64,000 bases of DNA from an uncultured virus (IMG/VR IMGVR_UViG_3300034050_000143) (lineage: Duplodnaviria; Heunggongvirae; Uroviricota; Caudoviricetes; Crassvirales): the IMG/VR virus record IMGVR_UViG_3300034050_000143. The stretch is one strand, 5' to 3'. The translations under genes and the position numbers were made by a program. A model generated the notes under the pieces. It saw nothing but the letters and a program-made list of their open reading frames with translations, was not told where the DNA came from and searched no databases. This document shows, piece after piece, positions 39,598 to 50,500 of the stretch. Positions within the stretch are counted from its first letter, which is position 1. Each line of letters starts with the position of its first letter.

Positions 39598-42500
39598 ATG
39601 GCAGAAATTAAAAATAATTTTCTAAGTTCAAAAATGAACCAGGACATTGATGATAGATTAATGCCTAACAATGAATACCGATCTGCTATAAATTTACAGA
39701 TAAACAGGTCAGAAGGTTCAGACGTTGGTACATTACAAAATGTACTAGGTAATAAATTAACGGTAGACTTTAATGCATTAGCTGGTATAGTTGATCCAAC
39801 TCCTAAATTAGAATCTATAGGTGTATTAACTGATGATTCAAATAATAATATATACGTATTCTTAACTAATTATAATGGAACAATATATAGTACAACAGCA
39901 AAGAATTATGTATATGTGTATAATGAATTACAAAATACAACTCAATTACTAATTAGTGGTTCGTTTTTAAACTTTTCTACTCAATTTCCAATATATGGTA
40001 TAAATTTAATAGAGAACTTATTGTTCTGGACTGATAATAGAAACCAACCAAGAAGAATAAATGTACAAAAAGCATCTACTAATGCCAATTATTATACAAA
40101 TGAAGAGCAAATATCAGTTGCTAGACTAAGTCCTTTATATACCCCAGAACTTTTTAAATATTCTGACTTTAATATACCACTTTTAACTTCTGGTGCAGTC
40201 GGTGTTGTCTCTGGAACTGGACCTTATACCGCAACAATTACTCCATCGCCTGTCTTTGCGTCAAGTTTATTAACTGTTGGCATGACTGTTTATGCGACTC
40301 CAGGTACATCTTCTTTTACTAGCGGTGTGGTTACAAGTATAACTACATCTGGTAGTAATGTAGCGTCATTCGTTGTGTCTTCTATAGTAATTTTCACTAC
40401 TGGTAATGTATCTTCATTAGATTTAAAACAATATGAGACTTCTATGTATGATGTTGTCAGCGAATTTTTACCTGACGGAACTACTGACAACCCTTATTTA
40501 ATAGATCCATACGCTGGAGATCCAGCTTACTTAGAAAGTAGGTATGTTAGATTTAGTTATAGATATAAATTTGAAGATGGTGAATATTCTATAATGGCTC
40601 CATTTACGCAAATAGCTTATATACCTAAACAAGATGGTTACTTTTTATACGATACAGATCCTGTTGTAAACGATGAAGAGAGTACTTATCGAAGTACTAT
40701 AGTTAGTTTTATGCAAAATAAAGTTAATAATATACTTTTGCAAATAGCAATGCCTTATTTACCAATTCCAATAATTACACCTCCATCAACTGTACAACAA
40801 TTTATTCCGTGTCCTGCTAATGAATTAAATTCCATATACAAGATAGTAGAGATAGAGATACTTTATAAAGAAGCAGACAGTATTGTGGTTAGTGTAGTTG
40901 ACTCTATACCTACAATACCTGATGCTAGTAAAGGTGTATTATATTTTTGGAATACAGACGATGTTGTTTATAATTATAATTATCAATCTAAAAAGCCATT
41001 TAAAACTTTACCAGAACGAGATGTTATAAGGGTAAATGATATAACTCCTGTTAAAGCGTTGAGTCAAGAGGTTGCTGGAAATAGAGTTATATATGGTAAT
41101 TATCAAGATAAGTTTTCATATCCAAAATACTTAGATTATAATGTAGGTGTTAGTACTAAATTTGACTTTGGATTTTTACAAAATCAAGGAACTAGTATTG
41201 TAGAATATCCAAATCATTCAGTTAAACAAAATAGAAATTACCAGGTAGGAATTATACTAGGTGATAAATTCGGTAGAGAATCAGGTGTTATATTATCAGA
41301 TTTAATTAATATTGCTGATTCTGGTTTATTTGGAGCATCTTCTTTATACGCTCCATATATAGGTATTGGAGACATTTTACCATCGACATGGCCAGGTAAC
41401 TCGTTAAAAATACTGTTTAATAATACAATATCTCCTACTGGTCCTGACTTAGTATCAAATTGGCCTGGTTTATATAATGGAGATAAAAATAGTGCTTCTT
41501 ATAATCCAACTGGTTGGTATTCATATAAGATAGTAGTTAAACAGACTGAACAAGATTATTACAATGTTTATTTACCTGGAGTAATGGCTGCTTATCCTGG
41601 AACAGCACCTGCTCCTGGTCCAACTACAGAATTAGGTAAAACATCGCATACAGTATTGATTAATGATAATATAAATAAAGTGCCTAGGGATTTATCTGAG
41701 GTAGGACCTGCTCAAAAGCAATTTAGAAGTAGTATTATTTTATATCCAAGAGTTAATAATAATACAGAACTTTATAATAACGAACAATACTATCCTGATA
41801 ATACATACGCTTTCGCTAGTACAATAGCTACAAATAATTCTTTATTTTTTCCTAACGGAGTCTATCCAGTGTCACCAGATCCTGGGTTTGCAGAATTTTA
41901 TCAAATTGATTCTGATCCATTGATAGCTAGAATTTCAACTGTAGCTGAGTTAGGAGTAATAGCAACTTCAAGCGTGATAAATTTAGCAGTTTATGAAACA
42001 AGACCTATAGAATCAAAACTTGATATATATTGGGAAACATCTACAACTGGACTAATAAGCGATTTGAATACCGCGATACAATTAGGATCTGACGAAAGTA
42101 TAGCTAGTTTATCAGGTTGGACTTTTGAATTACTTGAATCTTCTTCACCTGAAACTATGGTTTCTGGAGATGGATTTGTTTTTAGAGATGTTTTAGGAGT
42201 GGAGATAACGCCTGATAATGTTGAAATAGTTTCAGTATTTACTCTTACAGGTGTTAACGTAACTAGTAAATTTACTATAGATGATACTGATAGTCCAATA
42301 TATAAGATAAAAACTGCACCTGGAGCTTATTTTTACTATGGGTTTAATGCTGTTAATGCTGAATCGTATGAATTTAACATCATAGCTAGTATTGGTTCAC
42401 CAGTAGTATCTGAAAATTTTATACGTACTGGTAATCTAACAAACGTATCTCCTACAATAGATGAAGATCCTGCAATACCAAATCCAATAATTAAAACTAC

Positions 42501-43068
42501 TGGTGAAATAAACGTGTATCAATTTAACGGTGTAAATGGTTCTAATCCTGCTGGTGGCAATAGTACTGCAGATTTAACTTGGAGTGTTACTGGCAATCCA
42601 ATATTTACAATAACAAGTGGCGGGTTATTACGAAACCTTAGTGGTTCTGCATCAGGAACATATAACTTAACAGTAACATTGACAGATGCAGGAGGAGCTA
42701 CTGATTCTATTAATATAGTTGTTCAATATCCATTAATACAATCATTCATAATTGACGGTGATACTGAAATATGTGTAGTTTCTCCTGGAGGATATGTAGA
42801 GACATTTGGTACTATTGAAGTATCAGGAAATGGGTGGTTTGCTAGAGTATATGCAGATGCTAATTACGATACCGAGCAAGGATACGTTGAATTAGAACTT
42901 ACTCCAGTACCGTCTGGAACTACAATATTAGTATATGAAAGTTATGATTTTGGATTATTAACAGGTAATTCTCCTGTATCTATTCCATCTGGTTCTTATT
43001 CATATAGATTAGGTGTTCAAATGATAAATGGAGGTGGTTGTGGTAGATTTGAAGCTTATGATGAATAA
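39598..43068 (+). CDS. Tail nozzle/muzzle (stabilisation) protein, N-terminal part with C-terminal Ig-like appendages
   Basis: KMNQDIDDRL.P..EYR.A.N, LFWTDNRNQPRRIN, FSYRYKF.DGEYS. Confidence 0.75.
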   Translation: MAEIKNNFLSSKMNQDIDDRLMPNNEYRSAINLQINRSEGSDVGTLQNVLGNKLTVDFNALAGIVDPTPKLESIGVLTDDSNNNIYVFLTNYNGTIYSTTAKNYVYVYNELQNTTQLLISGSFLNFSTQFPIYGINLIENLLFWTDNRNQPRRINVQKASTNANYYTNEEQISVARLSPLYTPELFKYSDFNIPLLTSGAVGVVSGTGPYTATITPSPVFASSLLTVGMTVYATPGTSSFTSGVVTSITTSGSNVASFVVSSIVIFTTGNVSSLDLKQYETSMYDVVSEFLPDGTTDNPYLIDPYAGDPAYLESRYVRFSYRYKFEDGEYSIMAPFTQIAYIPKQDGYFLYDTDPVVNDEESTYRSTIVSFMQNKVNNILLQIAMPYLPIPIITPPSTVQQFIPCPANELNSIYKIVEIEILYKEADSIVVSVVDSIPTIPDASKGVLYFWNTDDVVYNYNYQSKKPFKTLPERDVIRVNDITPVKALSQEVAGNRVIYGNYQDKFSYPKYLDYNVGVSTKFDFGFLQNQGTSIVEYPNHSVKQNRNYQVGIILGDKFGRESGVILSDLINIADSGLFGASSLYAPYIGIGDILPSTWPGNSLKILFNNTISPTGPDLVSNWPGLYNGDKNSASYNPTGWYSYKIVVKQTEQDYYNVYLPGVMAAYPGTAPAPGPTTELGKTSHTVLINDNINKVPRDLSEVGPAQKQFRSSIILYPRVNNNTELYNNEQYYPDNTYAFASTIATNNSLFFPNGVYPVSPDPGFAEFYQIDSDPLIARISTVAELGVIATSSVINLAVYETRPIESKLDIYWETSTTGLISDLNTAIQLGSDESIASLSGWTFELLESSSPETMVSGDGFVFRDVLGVEITPDNVEIVSVFTLTGVNVTSKFTIDDTDSPIYKIKTAPGAYFYYGFNAVNAESYEFNIIASIGSPVVSENFIRTGNLTNVSPTIDEDPAIPNPIIKTTGEINVYQFNGVNGSNPAGGNSTADLTWSVTGNPIFTITSGGLLRNLSGSASGTYNLTVTLTDAGGATDSINIVVQYPLIQSFIIDGDTEICVVSPGGYVETFGTIEVSGNGWFARVYADANYDTEQGYVELELTPVPSGTTILVYESYDFGLLTGNSPVSIPSGSYSYRLGVQMINGGGCGRFEAYDE

Positions 43069-43077
43069 TATAAAATA

Positions 43078-43105
43078 GTAAATGAATTAATAAATAAGTG
43101 ATAAT
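43078..43105 (+). promoter_or_regulatory. Middle/late promoter-like motif
   Basis: GTAAA-N15-GTGATA in the 43-bp gap before 43112. Confidence 0.65.
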
Positions 43106-43111
43106 AAATAC

Positions 43112-44575
43112 ATGGCAACAGTAATAGAAATAAAGTATTTTAATACATTTTTACTTAAAAAAGTGTTTGCTGAAGCGAATACTCCTATATGGGGAGGTTC
43201 TTTTGGTATACCGACTACTATTAACGGTGATAATACCGGTTGGCCTATAGCAGAGGTTTCTCCTGAACCAGCTAAAGAATGGGTTATTGAAGAAGCTAGG
43301 ATACGAGGTGGATATAACAACTTATCTGTTGACTTAGGAGTAAAAGCGTATATAGTTGACACAACAAATACTGCGTCTATTAGATCTAACTCATTAATAT
43401 ATTCAGGTATATTTAATTCTAGAACTGGAATTAACAACACTAATCAATTCTCATCTGGCGAAGAAATAACAAAAAGTTTAGATCCAGCAAATGGTTCTAT
43501 TCAAAAATTATATGCTGAAGACACTAACTTAATAGTGTTTCAAGAAAACAAAGTAAGTAGAGCTTTAATTGATAAAGACGCTATATATTCAGCAGAAGGA
43601 GCAGGTACTTTAACATCGTCAAATGTTGTTATTGGACAGACTCAATCTTATGCTGGTAACTATGGCATAAGCAAGGACCCTGGTAGTTTTGCTGTTTACG
43701 GTTATCGAAAATACTTTACAGATAGATATAGAAATGCTGTGTTAAGATTATCGCAAGACGGTATAACTGAAATATCACAGTATGGTATGACAGATTACTT
43801 TAGAGATGAGTTTGCTAGTATAAACAATGCGGTATATGGACCTGGAAAAGTAATTGGTGGTTGGGACACTCATAATAAACAATACACAATATCTACTCAA
43901 ACATCTAGTACAAATCCAGTACAAAAATACAATACGTTAGGATTTAATGAAGATGCAAATGGTTTTACAAGTTTTTATACTTTTAAACCTTCTCAAGTTT
44001 TAAGTTTAAAAGGTAAATTTTATTCTTTAAACGGTGGTAAACTTTGGTCTCACTATGACGAAACAATTAATACTAGATGCAAGTTTTATGGAGTGCAATA
44101 TAACGCTTCTATAAGATTTATTTTTAATGAAGCAGCAAGTAATGTAAAAATATTTAAAACTGTTTCTTACGAAGGTTCTAATGGTTGGCAAGTAGATTCT
44201 TTCGTATCAGATTTTACTGGTGCAGATTATTTAAGTCCTAATTATATCCAGACACAAGATACAACAGGTGTTTTAGCAACTCCTTCTGTGTTTAGTTATG
44301 TTGAAGGATCTTATGACGATTATGGTAATTCATATCCAAGTACTTTATATCCACCTATAAATAGAGCAGGATTTGACAGAAAAGAAAATAAATATATGGC
44401 TGCTTTAATTAACAAAAGCGAACCAACTCAAGGAGAAGTATCTTTTGGTAATGAAATATCAGGAATAAAAGGTTACTTTGCAGTAGTTGACATGTCAATA
44501 GATAATGTTACACAACCAGGAGGTGTTAAAGAATTATTTTCAGCATCGACAAATTACGATTTCTCAGTATATTAA
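43112..44575 (+). CDS. Tail nozzle/muzzle protein, C-terminal part
   Basis: GSIQKL, YGISKDP.SF, RLSQDGITEIS.YGM, KENKY patterns. Confidence 0.75.
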   Translation: MATVIEIKYFNTFLLKKVFAEANTPIWGGSFGIPTTINGDNTGWPIAEVSPEPAKEWVIEEARIRGGYNNLSVDLGVKAYIVDTTNTASIRSNSLIYSGIFNSRTGINNTNQFSSGEEITKSLDPANGSIQKLYAEDTNLIVFQENKVSRALIDKDAIYSAEGAGTLTSSNVVIGQTQSYAGNYGISKDPGSFAVYGYRKYFTDRYRNAVLRLSQDGITEISQYGMTDYFRDEFASINNAVYGPGKVIGGWDTHNKQYTISTQTSSTNPVQKYNTLGFNEDANGFTSFYTFKPSQVLSLKGKFYSLNGGKLWSHYDETINTRCKFYGVQYNASIRFIFNEAASNVKIFKTVSYEGSNGWQVDSFVSDFTGADYLSPNYIQTQDTTGVLATPSVFSYVEGSYDDYGNSYPSTLYPPINRAGFDRKENKYMAALINKSEPTQGEVSFGNEISGIKGYFAVVDMSIDNVTQPGGVKELFSASTNYDFSVY

Positions 44576-44590
44576 ATTAAATAAAATCAA

Positions 44591-44998
44591 ATGGAATTAG
44601 AAGCAAGATCATTACAAGAATCAGATTGGGAAACGATGCAAGTATGGTGGAAAGCATGGGGTTGGCCTGAAGTAACAAAAGACCTAATGCCGTTAGATGG
44701 CTTAGGAGGACTTATTATTGAAAAAGATGGTAAAGCTATAGCTTCTGGATTTCTGTACCTTACAAATGCTAAGGTCGCATGGACAGAGTGGATTGTATCT
44801 GACCCTGATTATAGGGAAGAAGATAGAGTAGATGCTTTAAAACTTTTAGTAAAAAGTTTAGAAAACGTAGCTATATTAGCTGGATATAGTATAATATTAA
44901 GTGTAGGTAGAAACAAAGGATTATTAAACATACATAAAGAATTAGGATATACAGTAGATGATAATCCTTCTTATGAAATTTCAAAAAAAATAAAGTAA
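44591..44998 (+). CDS. GNAT-fold protein (T7 gp13-like position)
   Basis: IVSDPDYR and LGY motifs; between nozzle and ejection genes. Confidence 0.6.
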   Translation: MELEARSLQESDWETMQVWWKAWGWPEVTKDLMPLDGLGGLIIEKDGKAIASGFLYLTNAKVAWTEWIVSDPDYREEDRVDALKLLVKSLENVAILAGYSIILSVGRNKGLLNIHKELGYTVDDNPSYEISKKIK

Positions 44999-44999
44999 T

Positions 45000-45719
45000 A
45001 TGGCAGTAATATCAGCAATAGTTGGAGGAGCTTTAGCAGTAGGAGGATCTTTAGTACAAGCTAATCAAGCTAAACAAGCGGCAAAAGGATATAAAAATGA
45101 AGCTGATAGAAAAGCAGCTGAAATAGCTATTATAGAAAAAAATAGACAAGCTATACCTAATCCTTATGCTGGTATTAAAGATTTAAGTGGAATCGCTAAA
45201 GATCTAAGCGGAATGGTTAGTAATCCATACGCTAATTTAGGTGTCGCTACTCAAGCAGCAGAAATGCAAGCAGAAGAAGCAGATATATCTTTAGCTAATA
45301 CTTTAGATACATTAAGAGCCACTGGAGCAAGTGCTGGTGGAGCAACTGCTTTAGCTCAAGCGGCTTTACAAAGTAAGAAAGGTGTATCTGCTAGTATAGA
45401 ACAGCAAGAAGCTGCTAATGAAAAAATGAAAGCACAAGGCGAATCTGACATGCAGAAAATGAAAATGTCAGAAGCTCAAAGAGTTCAAGGTGTTCAATTT
45501 AGTGAAGGTCAGAGATTACAACAAGCAGAAACAGAAGGTATTAAGTTCCAGTACGGAGAGCAAGAATCTAGGGATATATCTAAATTAAATAGGTTATCTG
45601 GACAACAGGCTCAAGCGCAAGCAAATCAAGCGGCCGCTAAACAAGCTCAAGGAGCGGCTATTGCATCTGGTATAAGTGCTGTTGGAAATATAGCTGGTGG
45701 GTTTGCATCTGCTGGTTAG
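45000..45719 (+). CDS. Internal virion/ejection protein
   Basis: Gly/Ala hydrophobic ends, Q/A coiled coil. Confidence 0.7.
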   Translation: MAVISAIVGGALAVGGSLVQANQAKQAAKGYKNEADRKAAEIAIIEKNRQAIPNPYAGIKDLSGIAKDLSGMVSNPYANLGVATQAAEMQAEEADISLANTLDTLRATGASAGGATALAQAALQSKKGVSASIEQQEAANEKMKAQGESDMQKMKMSEAQRVQGVQFSEGQRLQQAETEGIKFQYGEQESRDISKLNRLSGQQAQAQANQAAAKQAQGAAIASGISAVGNIAGGFASAG

Positions 45720-45749
45720 TATTTTATAAACAATTAAAAAAAAACATCA

Positions 45750-47552
45750 ATGGGGTATTACGAAAATCCACCTATAATTCAACCAGGAAGAGGTAGCGAA
45801 ATGATTTCTTCAGCTATAGTAGATGCTTCTACTTCTATGTCTAGAGCTTTAATAGAAAAAGGTGAAAGAAAACGTCAAGAAGAAAAAGAGTATAAGTTAA
45901 CACTTCAAAAACTTCAAGATAGAAAAAATGAGACTGATCTTTATTATAACGAAAAGTTATCTGAATGGGCTGTAAAGCAAACACACACTGATGACGTTGC
46001 TGATAAACAGATTTATTCTATAATGCAAGATTCTATAAAAAGTGCTGCTGATAGTAGAATATTATTGTTAAATGAAAACGATCCTAATAAAAGACAAGAA
46101 TATTTAAAAAATATTAGAAATGCTAACTCTCTTTTAGAAGGTTCTTCTACTTTTGCTAAGTCATTAGCTGGTCAAGTTGCTACTTGGAAGTTAGATACTA
46201 AAGGTAGTAAAGTTGGTGTAGTAGGTGGTCATTTTGTTAATGGTAAAGACGAAGATGAAATAATGAATAACACTGCTGGTCTTGAAATACTTGGTAATAT
46301 GAAACAAAGATACATAGATCCAAAAATAGATATACAAAAAGATGAAGATGGAGATGGTTTAATATTAACTGTAACAGGTAAACATAAAGATAATAATAAA
46401 GATATTAATTTTAAGATATATTCTAAAAACTTTAATAAATCAGAAACTGAAACTGAAGACGGATTATTAGTACCTGTTGAAAGTTTAGATACTTTTAACA
46501 CTCAAGCTAAAGAGACTATAGTTGATAAAAAAGGAAATATATATGATGGTTTTTTATTAAAAGACTACGAAACTTTTGATCTTGATAGTAAAGGTACATC
46601 TGGAGGTAATGGAAGAGATATTTATCAAATAACAGGTGGAAGAAGATTACAAGTAACTGCTGCTAAAAACGAAATACGTAAGAAAGCAGAGGTTACAGCA
46701 ACAGGTATGATTGGTGCCGATAGTGTTACTAGACTTAAAGCGATGTTAAATTACACATTAGAGAAAGGTCCATTATTCTATAATGAAAAATTTGTAGTAG
46801 ATGAAAAAGGACAGCCTAGAAGTACTGAGTCTCAAAAACAAATGCTTACAGAAATGCTTACTGAGAAATCATTCCAAAACATGGTTAATAATTTCGAAAA
46901 AACCACGACTAAAGAAGGTGTTATATATTGGGATCCTACTGCTGACGTTAAATTAAAAGACAAACCTAGTAACGCTGATCTTAGAGGAACAACAAATAAA
47001 AGTGGTGGTGGTGAAGACACTGGTAAAGACTATAGATCTGATTATTATGACAATTTAATTAAAGGTCCTAAGAAGAAACAAGGTGAAAGTCAAGCATATT
47101 ACGATTATAGGTCTAGAAAATACTATGCTGAAAATCTAAACAGATTAGCTGGAGGTACAAGTAAATTTATTACTGGTGACGATCTATATAAAAAATGGTT
47201 ACAAGGAGCGTCTAGCATTAAAGGAAGTGATAAAACAATAAAAGAAGAGTATGAATCTGGCAAATTAAAAGGAAATGATCCTAAACAAGCTTTCTATTCT
47301 GAATATCCTAAATCTGATTTATATTACGAAGAATCAGCTAATGATTATAGACCATTAACTAATTACAATATAAACAAAGCTGAGAGTAGAACTAGATTAG
47401 CATTAGACCTTACCGCTGGAGAAGGAGAAATTAAAAAATTACAAGGAAAAGTTGGAGAAGCTAGTTTATCAGATTGGATGACCGCTAATCCTAAGAAGCA
47501 AGGTGAATCAGATATGCAATACGTTGCTAGATACAAAAAATATAAAATATAA
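45750..47552 (+). CDS. Internal virion/ejection protein (putative)
   Basis: 600 aa, charged, positional inference. Confidence 0.6.
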   Translation: MGYYENPPIIQPGRGSEMISSAIVDASTSMSRALIEKGERKRQEEKEYKLTLQKLQDRKNETDLYYNEKLSEWAVKQTHTDDVADKQIYSIMQDSIKSAADSRILLLNENDPNKRQEYLKNIRNANSLLEGSSTFAKSLAGQVATWKLDTKGSKVGVVGGHFVNGKDEDEIMNNTAGLEILGNMKQRYIDPKIDIQKDEDGDGLILTVTGKHKDNNKDINFKIYSKNFNKSETETEDGLLVPVESLDTFNTQAKETIVDKKGNIYDGFLLKDYETFDLDSKGTSGGNGRDIYQITGGRRLQVTAAKNEIRKKAEVTATGMIGADSVTRLKAMLNYTLEKGPLFYNEKFVVDEKGQPRSTESQKQMLTEMLTEKSFQNMVNNFEKTTTKEGVIYWDPTADVKLKDKPSNADLRGTTNKSGGGEDTGKDYRSDYYDNLIKGPKKKQGESQAYYDYRSRKYYAENLNRLAGGTSKFITGDDLYKKWLQGASSIKGSDKTIKEEYESGKLKGNDPKQAFYSEYPKSDLYYEESANDYRPLTNYNINKAESRTRLALDLTAGEGEIKKLQGKVGEASLSDWMTANPKKQGESDMQYVARYKKYKI

Positions 47553-47555
47553 AAA

Positions 47556-50500
47556 ATGGAAGACTTATATACTTTACCAGACGGATCAACAGTTGATATA
47601 TCAAAATACTCTCAGTTACAGAGAATGCAGTTTTTATTAGACAATGAAGGAGCAAAAAAGTCAAAAGGCGGTGCAAAGAGTGCAGTTGTAACGCCAAGAA
47701 AAAACAAAGCACTGACAAAAGATACGGATTCAAAATCGGTAAGTGGTACTTCAGCGCCTCAAAAATTTAGATTACCTACTATTGAAGAACTTCAGAAAAA
47801 AGGCGAAGCACCGCCACCATCTGAATCTGCAAGTCCTAGTATAGTAGATGTAAGTAGATTATATAACATGGTTGGTAATACTGGTAATCAAGTAAACCAA
47901 CAAAATTTTAAAACTGCTACTACTAAAGGTAGGAAAGAACAAAAAGTTGAAGGTTATTTTACAGCTGGATCAGGCGCTATCGATGACTTAGTAGAAAGCA
48001 TCGACAATCCTGGTAACACAAAAAACAAAAGAAGAGATTTAAAATATAGTATAGACACTATTAAGAATAAAATACAATTAACTGATTCTAATTTATTGAA
48101 TCCGTATTTATACTATTCTTCTAATAAGAAGGGCATTGATGATAGTTTTGTAGATAAAAACTATAGTTCTAAAGAGTTACAAGATATAGGTGTTAATCCA
48201 GATGATTTCGATGGTTACTTAAATAAAAAAGGATATAAAGAAGACTTCCTAAAAAAAGAAGCACAAGGTTTATACGAAGGTACTGGTAACGCTGCATTTT
48301 CAAGATATAATATAGGTTTAGCCAAAGAACTTGCTAAAAAGAAAATGCTTAATATGTATATGGAAGATATGCAAGGAAGGGATTTTACTAAACAAGATCT
48401 TGATCAAGACTTAGAAATAGCTTTTGGTATGCGAGACAAGAAAGAAATAGTACGAAATGAAATATTCAATACTAATGGTATATCAAAATACGTAGAAAAA
48501 AACTTCCCTATAGTAACTCAAAAGTTAAAAGATAGAGATATTGAAAATAAAAGAATATACGAAGAGTCTAAAAAAGGAGGAACTGATTTCTTTTCTTGGG
48601 ACACACTTGGTAAAATGGGTAAATCTGGGTGGAACGCAGTATCTGATAGAACTAAGCAGATTAGTGCTACGGTTTATGACACTTTAGGAATGGATACTAC
48701 CGCTGAAGGTATTAGAGCTTTAGACGAAGAAAATAAATTTATAAGACCAGATGACAGAGGTATTGCCTATGCTTCTGGTAAATCTGTTTCATATAAAGGA
48801 ACAAACTATTTAGTTGATTCTAAAGGAGAAATATATGACACGGATGCAAAGATAAGGGTTACTGATTTATTTGATGAATCTGAGTATAAAAACATAGTAG
48901 AAACATCTAAGTACGCTCCATCTGATTTCGTATTCAGTACTCAAGGCGCTGCAGTACAAACTTCAGGCGTAATGGCTGATATGCTAATACAGGCAGCTGT
49001 TACTCGTGGAATTGGACAATTTGGCGCTATGGCAAGTGGAGCTAGACTAGCTTTAAATGGAGCTAGACAAACTAGTAGGTTCACATCTATATTAAATGAT
49101 AGTTCTCAATTATTAAAAAGAATACCACTTGATAGAGCTACTGGTTATTCTATGATAGCACAAGGTGCTTTAGGATATTCTCAAGGTTACGAGGATACAT
49201 TAAAAGCAGCTAGAGATGCTGGGATAAATGATGAAGAAGCTTTTAAACTTGCTTCTACCAGCGCTCAAAGAATGGCTATTCTATATAGTACAACTGGTGC
49301 AATCAACCCGCAAACTAAATTAGTAGAAAATGTATTTGGTTCTAAAAATGTAATTAAAAAAGCTATAGATCAATACTTGAAAACAGGTGAAAAAGGATTT
49401 GTAGCTTATATAGATGATATAATTAAAAGTACACCTAGAAACTTAGTTGAGTTCGCTGAAGAAGGTGGTAAAGAAGTTATTCAAGAGAATATACAACAGG
49501 CAGGTGAATTAGGAGTTAACAGACTTACTAATCAAGAAGCTGGTAAGAAGATAGTTAATGATGTAATGACAGGAGATGATTTCATGAATACATCGATACT
49601 TTCTTTTATATCTTCTGGTTTGATTTCTAAAGCTAAAATACCTAGTTTTAGTTCTAATGATAATAATGTAGATAATTTAACTTCATTAAATACTTTAGCT
49701 AAAAATAAAAAAGAGTTTGTAAAAATAGTAGATGGATTAGTAGATCAAAAAGTGTTCACATTAGATCAAGTAAAAGCTTTGAAAGACGATGTGGATATTT
49801 ATGATAATAATGTAAATAAAATACCTAAATCAATATCTCCAGAAATAGCAATGCCTGTTATGAGGGAGTTAGATAAGGTTACTAAACTTCAAAATGAAAA
49901 AGAATCTGTAGACAAAGCCTTTCACCCTAAGTTAGATGAAAAGATAAATCAAATTAGACAGAATATATTAGATATAGAGTATTCAAATGATTTAAAAATA
50001 AAAAACAAACAGATATTAAACGCTATAAATAAAGGTGTAGCTAAAGGTATTTCTACTAAAAGTTTTTCTACTACTGAAGAAGTTAATAATTACTTAATTA
50101 ATGAAGTAGGTATACCTGAAAAAGATGTCTCTATGTACAGTTCTCAAGGTGGATTTGCTTTAAGTTCTGCTGCATTAAAAAAATATTCTAAAGATCCAGA
50201 TTCTATTCCAGAAAATACTCAATTAATAGTCATTAATGAATCTAAGAGTAGAGACGCAGGTGTAATACAACACGAATTTTTACACGGAGTACTTCAGAAT
50301 ACTTTAAAAGAAAATCCTGAAGCACAAAAACTAATAGGTAATGCTTTGGCTAAAGAATTGTTGAAAATAAATGATAACTTAAAGAAAAAAGGATTAGACG
50401 AAAGTGCTTTACCCGTAGAGTATGCAAAAAGATTAGGTGCATATATGGAAAGAAACACTAACGACAAAGCTGAAGCGATTGCAAGGTATGAAATAAATAT

